From Diadema antillarum (taxonomy: Eukaryota): 64,000 nt of DNA. The position numbers and the translations under genes were made by a program. This document shows positions 36,501 to 46,033 of this stretch, one piece after another. The stretch covers positions 2,046,001 to 2,110,000 of the forward strand of contig NW_027270958.1 in the NCBI RefSeq assembly GCF_040938485.1, written 5' to 3'. Below the pieces are notes generated by a model. The model worked only from the letters and a program-made list of their open reading frames with translations, made no database searches and was not told the origin of the DNA. The number at the start of each line of letters is the position of its first letter. The stretch's first letter is position 1.

Positions 36501-39500
36501 TTCACAATGCATGGACTAAAATCCTAAGAAATCACACCAAGGTGTACTTATAATTCAACATCTCTGAACATAAGAAAAATGGCAAAACCGTGGGTAAACC
36601 ATAATATATCATAAATACTGGGTATATCGTTGATTGAGGGGTGAATAAGGAGGGAAATTATGATTATTACCGTTAAAAATATATATGTTTGGTTTTTTTT
36701 TTTTGATAAAACGTTTGTCTTTACGTGTGTAAATAATAACTCATGATAATTTCAATATTGGAAAAAACTCAGTAAAAGGCATTCAAAGGAGAAAAGGGTT
36801 GCTTAGCTTGGTGTCGTAACATTTGATAAAAATGAAATAAGAATGTGGCCATCCTTTGTGATACTATTACACTGTGTTGCTCACAAGTAGTGGCGTGCAG
36901 AAACGCGTAGTCGATAGAAGTGTACAGTGTTTCTCTTTGTGTACCTATCAAATGGACAGCAACGTTTATCAGAGTTATTCAATAAACTTATCATTACTAA
37001 CTTCACACATAGTTTTATATAGAGGAAAAGAACAAAGGACTCATCTGCATATTGCATGTGATGCGTATCATAGGAATACACATATATGCAAAATGAACGA
37101 CAATAGACGAAAACGTATATAAAGACAAATGAAAAGTACTGATTCAACTTGATTGAATTACAATGACATTTTTTTTTTTAATGTGGAAAGGGTATTACAT
37201 TTAGGCCTACGAAAACCACAGAAGAAATTTGTGACTTTACCTCTTCATATTACAATCATAGGTATTCGAATAATTGGAGCAACGGTCAATCCGACCAGGT
37301 AGACCAGGCGGAAGATGGCTCGTTTGGATGTTTGGTCATGAGAACTACTTTGGCACCACGAACTGCTATTTTTGTTTTCAGATTCTTGGTCTTGCGGAGA
37401 TTGTATGCGATGGATGCTAAACGGCCGCGTTCGCGTTTCATCCTCGGGGGGAGGTCGGTGCGGACCGTGATGCGGACCCGTGCTGGGGACTTCTCGGTGG
37501 CGTTCCTTGGGCGTCGCGGTTGCTCGAAAGCACGAAGCAAGTTGTCACGATCACTCATCCTCGCAAAGCGGACTATGATGGGGTCCGGAGGTTCAGGGGC
37601 GTTGGTAGCGCCAATGGGGGTACTCTTGGTGGGGAGACGATGGATGTTAACCACCGGGATCTTCATCGCTTCCTCTGTTGAAATTTCCAGAAGGTGGGCG
37701 AACGCCTTCGCTGCTTCTTGATAAACATTCTCGTTTGGGTGGGATACAATGCCGTAGAAAAGCAAATTTTGTTTGCGGTGGTGAAGCTCTTGTTGAATAA
37801 GCTTGTCTTCAAATTCGGCCTTCATTTGATTTAGTTGCCGCTGAAGTTCCGGGATTTTCTCGGCCTCAACGGATTGGATCCTCGCAGACGTGTCGGCGAC
37901 CGAACCTTCAAGGTCCTGCATAGTGGATTTCACTGTGGCAATATCGGTTTTTACGGCATTCAGATCAGAAATAACGTGGTCCAGTTTGTTATTAATTTCC
38001 GTCTTGAAATCCGCAAACATGTTTCGTAGTTCAGAAATGATAGCGTGACCAGTATCTGATGGAACGTTGGGGGCCTGCTCAGAATCGCCTCGGCGGCTGG
38101 TGGGGTGTGGTTGGTGGGGCATGCCGGGTCTACTCGCCGAAGGCCTGCCAATTGACGAGGAAGCACTCACCGGTCTAGGTTGAGGGGGTGTGCTGACAGA
38201 AGTTCCGCGGGGATTTTTGTCCTTTTGCACGGTAGATTTACGGAAATTATAGGCAGAGCTTCCTTTAATTGGTCCAGTGTTCATATTTCTGTAGCTGCAA
38301 TAAAGATTTAGGTAGCATTAAGGTATGCAGTTCATAGTAGCTGGGTGTTGAAGGAGCTAGCTGCGCCCCACGTCCGTCTCGTTAGCCGGCCATGCGTACA
38401 TCAAGTAATTGAATATTACATAAGTAATTGAATCTAAGTTGTGTCACATATAGGGGGCGCTGTACATAAAAGACTCCCGACTCCCAATTGGAGGACAGAG
38501 GACAAGAGTTCTATCGCGTCCTTGGACAAGATGTTTTTACCCATGAAATGGGTACCTGGCAAAGCTAGGGTAATAATAATGGTAGGGCCCCCTGGGAGAG
38601 CAGTAGCAAAAATTATTGTTATTGTTATCATTATTATTATCATCATCATCATCATCATCCCCATTATTATCACTATCATTATCATTATCATTATCTTTAT
38701 CTTTAGAGACTCGTGGTTTACTTGCCTTATGAAAGTGTTAAACACAGCGGTAGACCGTTCATTACGAAAATTATATATGATCATAATGATCTCGGTATAA
38801 TTTCTTCTTCTGTATCCTGTCTTTCTTTCCTGTCTTTTTTTTAACCAGATATCGGTTGGCTCCACAACATACTTTCCCTGCCGCCTTCGACGACACCTTT
38901 GCAGCAACGAAGTGGCTGCTTTCACACGCAGAAGAAGTCGGCGTTGATCCCGGCAGGGTAGCGCTCATGGGAGACAGTGCTGGAGGGCTCCTCACAGCGG
39001 CTGTGTCGGCAGCGATTGCAGACGATCCTTCGGTGCCCGACATCAAGCTTCAAGTCATGCTCTACCCGTGGTTGCAGAGTCTGGACCTGAACACACCGTC
39101 GTACCAGAAGATGAGGCAAGCCAAGTTTGGCACGTTGATGGATGTCGTCAACCTCATGCCGAACTTCATGAGCGCGGCAGTGCTGGGCAGCACGGACAAG
39201 TCCATTGTGGGACAAATATCCACCAATCAGCACACGTCAGGAGATTTCAAACGTTCGTTGCCGTATCGAACATTTCTTGACCACTCCATCATACCATCGC
39301 ATATGAAGCCAGCCTGTTATCGACCACCGTCGCCGGACGACGACGACGAGGGGAATGAGAAGACCTGGGAGAGCATGAAAGACGTGCTGACATCGTTGGA
39401 GTTTTCGCCGCTCTTACGTGAGGACATGACAAAGCTGCCGCGCACCTTCATAGCCACATGTGGTTACGATGTTCTTCGGGATGATGGTATTTTCTACGCA

Positions 39501-39647
39501 CACAGACTGAAGAAGGCAGGGGTGCCTGTCGAGTGGGTGAACTATGAAAATGGATATCACGGCATACAGTGGGTCGGCGACAGCGCTTTTGTGATTGGAC
39601 GACAGATGGCAAACGACTTCATAAAGTACACTAAAGAACATCTCTGA
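22909..39647 (+). CDS. AADAC/NCEH1-like hydrolase, paralog 3; join(22909..23046,26644..26899,28001..28064,38849..39647), 418 aa
   Basis: Single signal anchor MAVFMYIVIGLVMLCCYFLY followed by KPVPSGFPDPWKYR; LHGGG; IAVS|YRLAPQH; GDSAGG; GYDVLRDDG; GYHG; phases 0/1/2; GT-AG introns. Confidence 0.92.
23797..25044. mobile_element. Helentron-associated non-autonomous element (HINE/DINE-1-like)
   Basis: Terminal inverted repeat ATTACGC-GGT-GCGTAAT; perfect 11-bp subTIR TGTCCCCGCCG (23825) / CGGCGGGGACA (25030); (GGAC/ACAC)n microsatellite; terminal hairpin; internal satellite. Confidence 0.78.
23845..24920 (+). repeat. ~7-unit 148-158-bp tandem array (GGTCAAAGGTCAA-rich)
   Basis: GGCGAAGGAGTAGC recurs at 23980, 24131, 24289, 24440, 24598, 24755 and 24903. 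Confidence 0.92.
25132..26380 (+). pseudogene. Degraded L2-clade LINE 3' end (RT C-terminus plus tail)
   Basis: SRLDFSNSL..KLERLQNSAARLL..PVLRSLHWL..RIVFKILLL, then after the nested MITE FSVMGPKLWNHLP..PFKSKLKTYLF; (ATT)n tail at about 26360. Confidence 0.8.
25376..25908. mobile_element. CACTA/EnSpm-type MITE
   Basis: CACTGCAAAAA...TTTTTACAGTG termini, 2-bp TSD CG, AACACC/GGTGTT repeats; second copy at 58529-59058. Confidence 0.85.
27660..27851 (+). repeat. 69-bp tandem repeat, about 2.7 copies
   Basis: CAAATAAT at 27661, 27732 and 27801; near-identical units. Confidence 0.9.
28617..32519 (-). mobile_element. CR1/L2-group (Crack/Daphne-like) LINE: ORF2 plus long 3' UTR, antisense in intron 3 of paralog 3
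   Basis: AATAAA followed by a (TTGAA)n tail ending at 28617; ~770-bp pyrimidine-rich 3' UTR; ORF2; a frameshifted probable N-terminal extension MANFFNAPFYSVSNDDFLN up to 32519. Confidence 0.88.
29390..32317 (-). CDS. LINE ORF2: AP endonuclease plus reverse transcriptase, 975 aa uninterrupted
   Basis: APE motifs HLNIRSL, LSETWL, GGGVALY, IVYRPP, GDFNIDL, LIDNIF and TDHFPI. RT motifs NYRPISLL, QFGFR, FLDFSKAFDTINH, GVPQGSILGPLLF and FADDT. Confidence 0.95.
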   Translation of the reverse strand: MLCNYITVNQYKDMIHNFSEDTFCLLHLNIRSLNKHFDDLKYLLESDESQSLSVIGLSETWLTSNAENSFAIDGYDLFVNNRPDKNGGGVALYISGSFETIVHQDISRMDETVESLFIEILIPGCKNLMLGIVYRPPNSNANDFLTYYSDLANSHVFRNKDCLLLGDFNIDLLKSEHDNISSDFLHTLLSSSFLPLISKPTRITDRSATLIDNIFCNILPLPDSFLIISDMTDHFPIMTYFTLKTSSNIKPPSFPLFSRRVSPEKLASFDVALENADWSGVFGSDDINISFHNFMEIFNHHLDDVIPKQKNRTDYKKTPRLPWISKSILRSINRKNRLYYKYKLEKTERSKNRYTSYKNTLTMILRSEKKRYYFKQFSRYRFDMKNTWKVLKQAMNVPSKNSDIDKIKMNDELINDSLHIANIFNSYFSEIGENYAQTIPATETHFTEFLGQRNSDSIFFTPTNRFEIIDIVSSFENKRSSGYDEIDNFILKGVISSIADPLVHIFNLSIFNGVFPDKMKLAKVIPIFKKGDKFVVSNYRPISLLSSLSKVLEKLIYKRMINFLKVHEVFTNSQFGFREKHSTSHALLYFVDRVVHAIDNHSHLVSIFLDFSKAFDTINHDILLYKLSHYGVRGKALEWFKSYLVDRKQFVTINNNDSVIREVKCGVPQGSILGPLLFIIYINDFCRVSDDLSFIHFADDTNVFFAHNDIDFLVHKINIELQKVTNWVRANKLSLNAQKTKYMIFSNTVDNLNTNIVLDDSHLQRVSNIKFLGVIVDDKLSWKSHVDNICNIISRNTGVINRLKFYIPQKVLLMLYSSLILPHLNYGVLVWGNTHQNLLERVSLLQKKALRVICHSPVRSHTNTLFASSKLLKIKDLFLYNLGQFMYNYCNNLLPSIFDSMFLKNQSFHEYPTRRSNEFHLPLLRTILAKNTLIYIGPNYWNSLNHDIKNAPSIYSFKRRLRSFLLQSYDSTVLN
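33250..36000. repeat. Highly degenerate ~470-550-bp tandem array (at least 6 units)
   Basis: Recurring landmarks GAATTG(A/G)AAATA (about 33358, 34215, 34690, 35221), GA(A/T)ACGAAACAG (about 33876, 34891, 35404, 35890) and CAT(G/A)T(T/C)CTGTTCA-like words. Confidence 0.75.
37286..38284 (-). CDS. LINE ORF1p-like protein (coiled coil plus RRM plus CTD; L1/Transposase_22-type), 332 aa
   Basis: Pro/Ser-rich N-terminus, heptad coiled coil (ELRNMFADFKTEINNKL...), RKQNLLFYGI, IHRLP, PIIVRFARMSDRDNLL and RTDLPPRMKRERGRL; GC-richer than the flanks; no stops. Confidence 0.85.
   Translation of the reverse strand: MNTGPIKGSSAYNFRKSTVQKDKNPRGTSVSTPPQPRPVSASSSIGRPSASRPGMPHQPHPTSRRGDSEQAPNVPSDTGHAIISELRNMFADFKTEINNKLDHVISDLNAVKTDIATVKSTMQDLEGSVADTSARIQSVEAEKIPELQRQLNQMKAEFEDKLIQQELHHRKQNLLFYGIVSHPNENVYQEAAKAFAHLLEISTEEAMKIPVVNIHRLPTKSTPIGATNAPEPPDPIIVRFARMSDRDNLLRAFEQPRRPRNATEKSPARVRITVRTDLPPRMKRERGRLASIAYNLRKTKNLKTKIAVRGAKVVLMTKHPNEPSSAWSTWSD
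38453..38700 (+). mobile_element. Degenerate tRNA-derived SINE
   Basis: AAGACTCCCGAC...CCTTGGACAAG...AAATGGGTACCTGGCAAAGCTAGGGTAAT...GGGCCC; (ATT/ATC)n tail; matches the reverse complement of 5726-6318. Confidence 0.7.
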
Positions 39648-40300
39648 CTCAAAAACGAAAAGAAAATGTCCGTGTTTACTGAAAAAAAATGTTGTAAGAT
39701 ATCTTACGTCCTTTTGAGTAGCCTTATGTCTTCCCATGCAGCCTTAACACAGGAATGATAAACAAGATGCACAATCTTCATCTTTTGAACAAGGCAAATG
39801 TAGAAATAATGATGTAACAAATCTGAAATAATGTTTAGACGGTTATGCACGAGACTGTCGAAGCTATTGAACATGAAGGCGACTTGACAAGACTCGGAGA
39901 TAGATTGAATTAATTGCCGTAGCTAGGAGATCACATTAATGAGATTTAGTGTCCCTAATGATAACGGAAATTAGGGTCCTGTGAGTCTATCATTTGACAT
40001 GAGTTTTATTTCAACATCATATTATCTAAGAACTTGAGCATTTTGATCAACAGTTAAAAATTTTTATGCGAAAGCTTGAATATACAATATTCATGATATT
40101 ATACAAAGTACATGTCCATCTTTATCTGATTCGTCAATAAGTTGCGCTATTGTAGAGACCATATATGAATTCATGTAGTCGCAAACAAGCCTGCAAACAA
40201 GAAAGGTTGAGTTACCATAGGGTTAAATTGATAGATGAGCAATTAATGAGTGTTTCGATAAGCTGAAAAGAACTCATAAAGTCAGACAGCACGACAGGGT

Positions 40301-40577
40301 GGCCCGAATTCACGAAGGTGGTACAAATGAAACCATGGTTTAAACCATGGACAAAAACAATGGAGCACTAAGTGTCGCACGGAATATTTCGTCACGAAAT
40401 TGGTCATTTCGTCGACAAAATGACCGTTTTCTTAACGAAATTATCATTTCGTGGACGAAATGTTCATTTAGTTACAAAATGTCCTTTCGTTACAAAACAA
40501 TCATTTCATCATGGTTTAACTTTTTGTCCATGGTTTAAACCACGGTTTCATTTGTACCACCTTCGTGAATTCGGGCC
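40301..40577. mobile_element. MITE with ~57-bp near-perfect TIR
   Basis: GGCCCGAATTCACGAAGGTGGTACAAATGAAACC(A/G)TGGTTTAAACCATGGACAAAAA at both ends, inverted; core of TTCGT..ACGAAA repeats. Confidence 0.8.
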
Positions 40578-41153
40578 CAAGGGTCACGTATTAATGAGCC
40601 ATAGTACTACATTTTAGTATTAGTGAATAGGGGGATATGGAGGAAAGGAGGGAAGGAAAACGATGAAACAAGAGAAGGAAAGAGGGATGGGTCTAATATT
40701 AACACAAGTGATAATGATAAGGTAGTGTATGCAGTAACAACACGGACAGATAATGACGTACTGCAGGGGGAGATTAACTTTAAATATTATTTTTAAATAC
40801 ACCCACATACACAGTACATTAAACATGTACGTTACTGTACAATAAAGTCAGACGTGATAGTTCCGTATTTAGCTTCTTGCAGAAAAGCGCTGTAGAGTTG
40901 TCCCTATATGTTGTCCCTATGTCCATTTTCGTGTGAATCAGTGCGTGAAACTAACAAATATCCAATTTCAGCCAATGGTGTATGAATTTACGAGTTATAC
41001 CCGGTCGTGTGGGTTAATTTGCATATCAACACGATCCGCTCTGTTCTAAAAATTTGGTGAGGACAAACCATAATATCAAGAAGCCTATCGTCAAAGGTAT
41101 AATGCTAAGCCGCACGGATTCATTGCGATAACACGCAGGCCACTGCGACACCG

Positions 41154-41490
41154 TGTGGAGCCGGGAAATGTGCAAACACCGGGAAATGTGCAAACGCCGG
41201 GAATTGTGCAAACGTCTCGCCGGGAAATGTGCAAACGCCGGGAAATGTGCAAACGTCTTGCCAGGAAATGTGCAAACGCCGGGAAATGTGCAAACTTCTC
41301 GCCGGGAAATGTGCAAATTTCATCAACGGGAAATGTGCAAACATGACGCCGGTAAATGTGCAAAAGTTCAATTTTGCCGGGAAATGTGCAAAACGTCGCC
41401 GGGAAATGTGCAAATCATTTACTTTAGTGATATTGTGTACAAAGATAGTAGATAAACTCCATATCAAAACTGCCCATGAACTTCCACCAT
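41154..41490 (+). repeat. Left outer TIR: about 12 copies of GGGAAATGTGCAAA
   Basis: Read directly from the sequence. Confidence 0.92.
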
Positions 41491-41705
41491 TTAGATTTTC
41501 TTAATGAAATCCTTGACAGATTTTCAACAAAATTGGCAGGTAGCACGATTATGGCGATGGGATCTCAATTTGTTTATATAGTAGCCCCCCCCCCCCCCCC
41601 CCGAAAAAGGGGAGGGGGGCTCAATTAAGTCCCAGAACTACGGTATTATCGAAATTCTTCTTGTATTATATAACCAAATAAGAATGAGCTAGGATGGTTC
41701 TTTAA

Positions 41706-42466
41706 CCCTAAAGGGGCCGGGATTTTTTGGCTATGCTGAGACCGGGAGGGGGGGGGGAATGGATTCCGCCCCCCCCCCCCCCACCATGAGATCTCGGCCA
41801 TTGGTGGTGCGATCGCGATGAAATTTGCATGCGTGAGACCCACGTCATAATCTACAAGATTGTGTCATAAGATTTTTTGAAACAATCAATTTCTAATTTT
41901 AATTAATTGATTATGCAAATTAAGCTCAAGATGATATTTTAGCCTAATTAAAAGCATTGAGAGTCTAATTTTTGATCTGTAAGTCTGTTTTTGCATATTC
42001 AACAATTGTACATCACAAAAACTTCCAAAACTCATTTCAATTCTTATGTATTTCATTGTTTTCAGAATTTCTTATGTATTTCCTTGTTTTTAAACTTTTG
42101 TTTTTTCTTTGTTTTTTCATTGGAAATTGTCACTGACCACTCTTCTACCATAACTAGCACAAAATTAATAAATGAAAGTGATTAATTGTAAAAATAATCA
42201 GGTTTTTATGACTTTCATAACAGAACATTGTTTTCCATAGGAAATGTACACAAAATCACAAAATTGTGCCCGTTTTGGGGCGACATTCCGTTACAAAAAT
42301 GGGCGTGGCTTCGCAAAAGTATGCGCGGACGTTGCAAATTTGGTCTCAAAAGTTGCGCGAGACTTGAACAAAGAAAGTCAAGAAGCCTCGCGACGAAGTC
42401 TTTTCGCGTTACAGATTTACAGCGCGAAACGTCGAGGGGGGGGGGGCGCCCCCGGCCCTTTTAGGG
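41706..42466. mobile_element. piggyBac-type MITE
   Basis: TTAA|CCCTAAAGGGGCCGGG...CCCGGCCCTTTTAGGG|TTAA. Confidence 0.85.
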
Positions 42467-43630
42467 TTAAAGATATTGATGACAGGAGTTCACGTTTAAT
42501 GGCAGATCCAGGGATGCAGGGCACGGGGCCATAAGTGGGGAGGAGTCTTCAAATTGAAGCCTCAGAGTCCCTAAACTAGTGCTATGAAGACATTAATGTT
42601 TGATTATGACGGATCCAGGGGTGTCCGGATCGCGGGGGAGGGGGTGAGGGGAGGAGAGGGATTTTCTACATTGTCAGTATCTTCTTGAAAAGTCTAGGAC
42701 AGATTTTCACGAAACTTGTCAGATAGCCTCATTACGGTGATATGATCTTAATGAATTGAAATTAGCCCCCAATCCTCCCCCCACCCCCGGCCGAAAAGGG
42801 GGGGGGGGGGGGGAGTTGAAGCCTCAGAGTCCCTAAACTCTGGATTTTTACAAATCTTTTTCTGTCGAACAACAAAAAAAAAAAAAGATAGAGCTAAGTT
42901 AGTGCCTCGTATGACTGAAATTTCATGCTTGATTATGGCAGATCCAGGGGTGCCCTGATTTGGGGTGGGGGAGGGGAAGTGATGGAGAGGAGGGGGATTG
43001 TCCACATTTACTGCATTTTCTTGATAAATCCCAAGAAGGATTTTCACCAAACTTGGCAGATGGCAGATACCATCTTTACGGTCATATGGTCTTATAATAT
43101 GGTAAAATGAGCTCCACCCCCTCCCACCGCCAAGGGGGGGGGGGGGGGGGGAAGCAGGAGTTGAAGTTTTAGGTCCCTAAATTCTGGAATCTGGAATCTT
43201 CTTCTGTTGAACCGAAGAATATGGAACTACGTTATATGAAGACACTACAGTTACTAAAATTTCAGGTTTGATTATGACGGGTCCAGGAGTGCGCTGATAA
43301 GGGGTGTGTGGGGGATTTTCCACATTTTCTGCATAGTCTTGTAAAATATATGACGGATTTTTACCAAACTTGGCAGATAGTATATTTATGGTGATTCGAT
43401 CTTAATTTTTTAAATTTAATTCCCCTCCCCCCGCCCCCCCCCCCCCCCGCCGACGAGGGGGGGGGGGGGGGGGGTTGAACCCTCAGAGTCCATATTCTCT
43501 TGATTTTTTTTTTACTTCTGTCGAACCGAAAAAGTTAGTGCTGTAAAGACATTAATGACCGAAATCTCATGTTTGATTATGGCGGGTCTAGGCGTGCTCT
43601 GATCGGGGGTAGGTGAGGGTGAGGGTGAGG

Positions 43631-43896
43631 GGGTGCTGTTCGTTATTCCGAAGGTTCGCTGTTCCGAAGGTACGTTATTCCAAAGGGTCGTTAATCCGAA
43701 ATACGCAAAGTCCCTATACCTAGAGGTTCGTTAATCCGAAAATGAAAAAGGGTGCGTTAATCCGAAAATTAGTGGCGTTATTCCGAAGACTGGTTGATCC
43801 GTAAATGAAATTCGGAAAAATGAACCTTCGGAATAACGAATCTTAGGAATAAAGAGCCTTCGGAATAACGAACCTTCGGAATAACGAGCTGTAACC
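43631..43896. mobile_element. MITE made of TTCGTTATTCCGAAGG repeats
   Basis: Inverted arrays of TTCGTTATTCCGAAGG / CCTTCGGAATAACGAA; related copy at 59121-59396. Confidence 0.7.
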
Positions 43897-44157
43897 AGGG
43901 GGAGGAGGGGGATTTTCAAAATTTTCTCCATCTTCTTGAAAAATCTATGACGAATTTTCACCAAACTTGCTCGTAGCATCTTTATGGTGATAGTACTGTA
44001 AATACAGTTAATGCATGATGTAAGCTCAAGTTTACAATGACAGATGAAGGGATGCCCAAAAAGGTGAGTGGGTAGGAAGGAGGCTTAATTTTTACATTTT
44101 TTGTCTTTTGCCTGAAAACTCAAGACGCATCCCTCGGATAATGAGATTATATATCAG

Positions 44158-44210
<53 letters not shown>

Positions 44211-44759
44211 CTATAAAAAATGATGGAGCTAATAGAGTGCCGGTGCCTGTTATGGGAAGTTAATTCATGAATATTAATGTTAAGTGCGGCGGAGGCGGAT
44301 TTGTCACATTCAGCTTCTTCTTGAAACCCTTATATAATAGATATTTGCCAAGCTTGAAACGTAGCGTAGCGTATTTATCTGGTGATATGACCTCAATTTG
44401 TCTAAATGAGCACTGCCCCAACCCCTAAATGGGAGGAGATGGAGACCCCCCCCCCACCACCTCATCTGCACCCCTTGAACTTGAAAGGGACCAACACGAG
44501 GGGGTGGGGTCGTTCGGGTGGAATTCAGAATTTTATTGAAAACCCTATACATATGAAAAAAAAACCGGAATACATACTTTTTAAAGAAATTTTCTATACA
44601 ACCAAGAGTAATAGAACACAATCTTATCACATTTTTAGAAGGTAGATCTATACTTTGATGAAATTTCACTTCTGCTTACTAAATGACGTGGGGGCTACCC
44701 TGGTCTTATCCCTAGCTTTGGGGAAGGGGAGCAACTTGGACTTGTTGCCCCTTCGAACA

Positions 44760-45041
44760 AAGTGGGATTCTATTACCCTAGAGATGCTACCTCCCACGTT
44801 CGGTGGAAATCCGTCAAAGATTTCTCAAGAGGATGCAGAATATGTGAAAATCTCCCTCCTCCCCCTCAACCCCCCCCCCCCCCGATAAAGACACCCCTCG
44901 ATCCGCCACAATCAAACGTGAAATAAAATTTCAGCCATTAATGTCTTCATAGCACTAACTAAGCTCTCTTTTCCGGTTTGACAGAAGAAGATAAAAATTG
45001 AGTTTAGCGACGCCGAGGCTTCAATCCCCCCCCCCCCTTAA

Positions 45042-45079
<38 letters not shown>

Positions 45080-46033
45080 GGAGGGGGGCTCATTGTAACA
45101 AATTAAGTGCATATCACCGTAAAGAGGCAATCTGCCAATTTTGGTGAAAATCTGTCTTATATAGATTTTTCAAGAAGATGCTGAAAATGTGGAAAATTCC
45201 TCTCTTTGCCCTCACCCCCGCGATCTGGAGACCCCTTGATCCGCGCCATAACCAAACATGAATTTTCATTCATTAATGCTGTGTCTTCATAGCACTAACT
45301 TAGCTCTATCTTTATCGGTTTGACAGAAGAAGATTAAATTCCAGAGTTTAGGGACGTTGAAGCTTCAACCCGCCGCAGTTCCCCCCCCCCCCCTTCGGCG
45401 GTTGGGGAAGGCTCATTTGAACAAATTAAGATCATAATTATTACCATAATCTTGCTATCTGTCAAGTTTGTGGAAAATCCCTCATAGATATTTCAAGAAG
45501 ATGCTATGTGGAATATCCCCCGCCACCCATCACCCTCCCCCCCCCCCTCCCCCCCGATCTGGGCACCCCTCGATCCGCCATAATCAAACATGAAATTTCA
45601 TTCATTAATCACGTTAATGTCTTCATAGCACTAACTTTAGCTCTATCTTTTCCGGTTTGACAGAAGAAGATTAAAATAAAAAAATCCAGATTTTTGGGAT
45701 GTTAAAAGTGAAGCTTTAATCCCCCCCCCCCTTCGGCGATGGGGGGGGGTCGCATTTTAACAAATCAAGATTATATTACGTTAAATATGACTGTATTTCA
45801 CAAGTTGGGTGAAAATCCGTCCTAGATTTTTCGAGAATGTGCTGAAAATGTGGAAAATCCCCCTCACCCCCCTCCCCCCCATCAGGGCACCCCTGGGTCC
45901 GCCAAAATCAAACATGAAATTTTAGTCATTAATGTCTTCATAGCACTCACTTAGCCCTTTCTTTTTCGGTTCGACAGATGAAGAAAGAAAATCAAGCGTT
46001 TATACATGGTATAGGGACTCTGAGGCTTCAACT
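44760..46033 (-). repeat. Right-arm array (reverse complement of the left-arm unit), resuming at 49351-49500 after the LINE
   Basis: Recurring GATCCGCCATAATCAAACATGAAATTT, CATTAATGTCTTCATAGCACTAACT and TTTAGGGAC..TGA(G/A)GCTTCAA. Confidence 0.82.

Larger units (their letters stand above)
41491..44150 (+). repeat. Left-arm array of ~250-350-bp G-run-containing units
   Basis: Recurring TTGAAGCCTCAGAGTCCCTAAA, TTTGATTATGGCGGATCCAGGG and GATTTTCACCAAACTTGGCAGATAG, separated by G/C homopolymers; interrupted by two MITEs. Confidence 0.82.

Noticed and set aside
38434-38925. Hydrophobic poly-Ile/poly-Met ORFs resembling membrane proteins
   Set aside because: These are the (ATC/ATT)n tail of a SINE.
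41026-41504. Repetitive ORFs (CTFPG/GNVQT repeats), also at 50721-51257
   Set aside because: They arise from the 14-bp TIR word array; several frames on both strands are open by chance.
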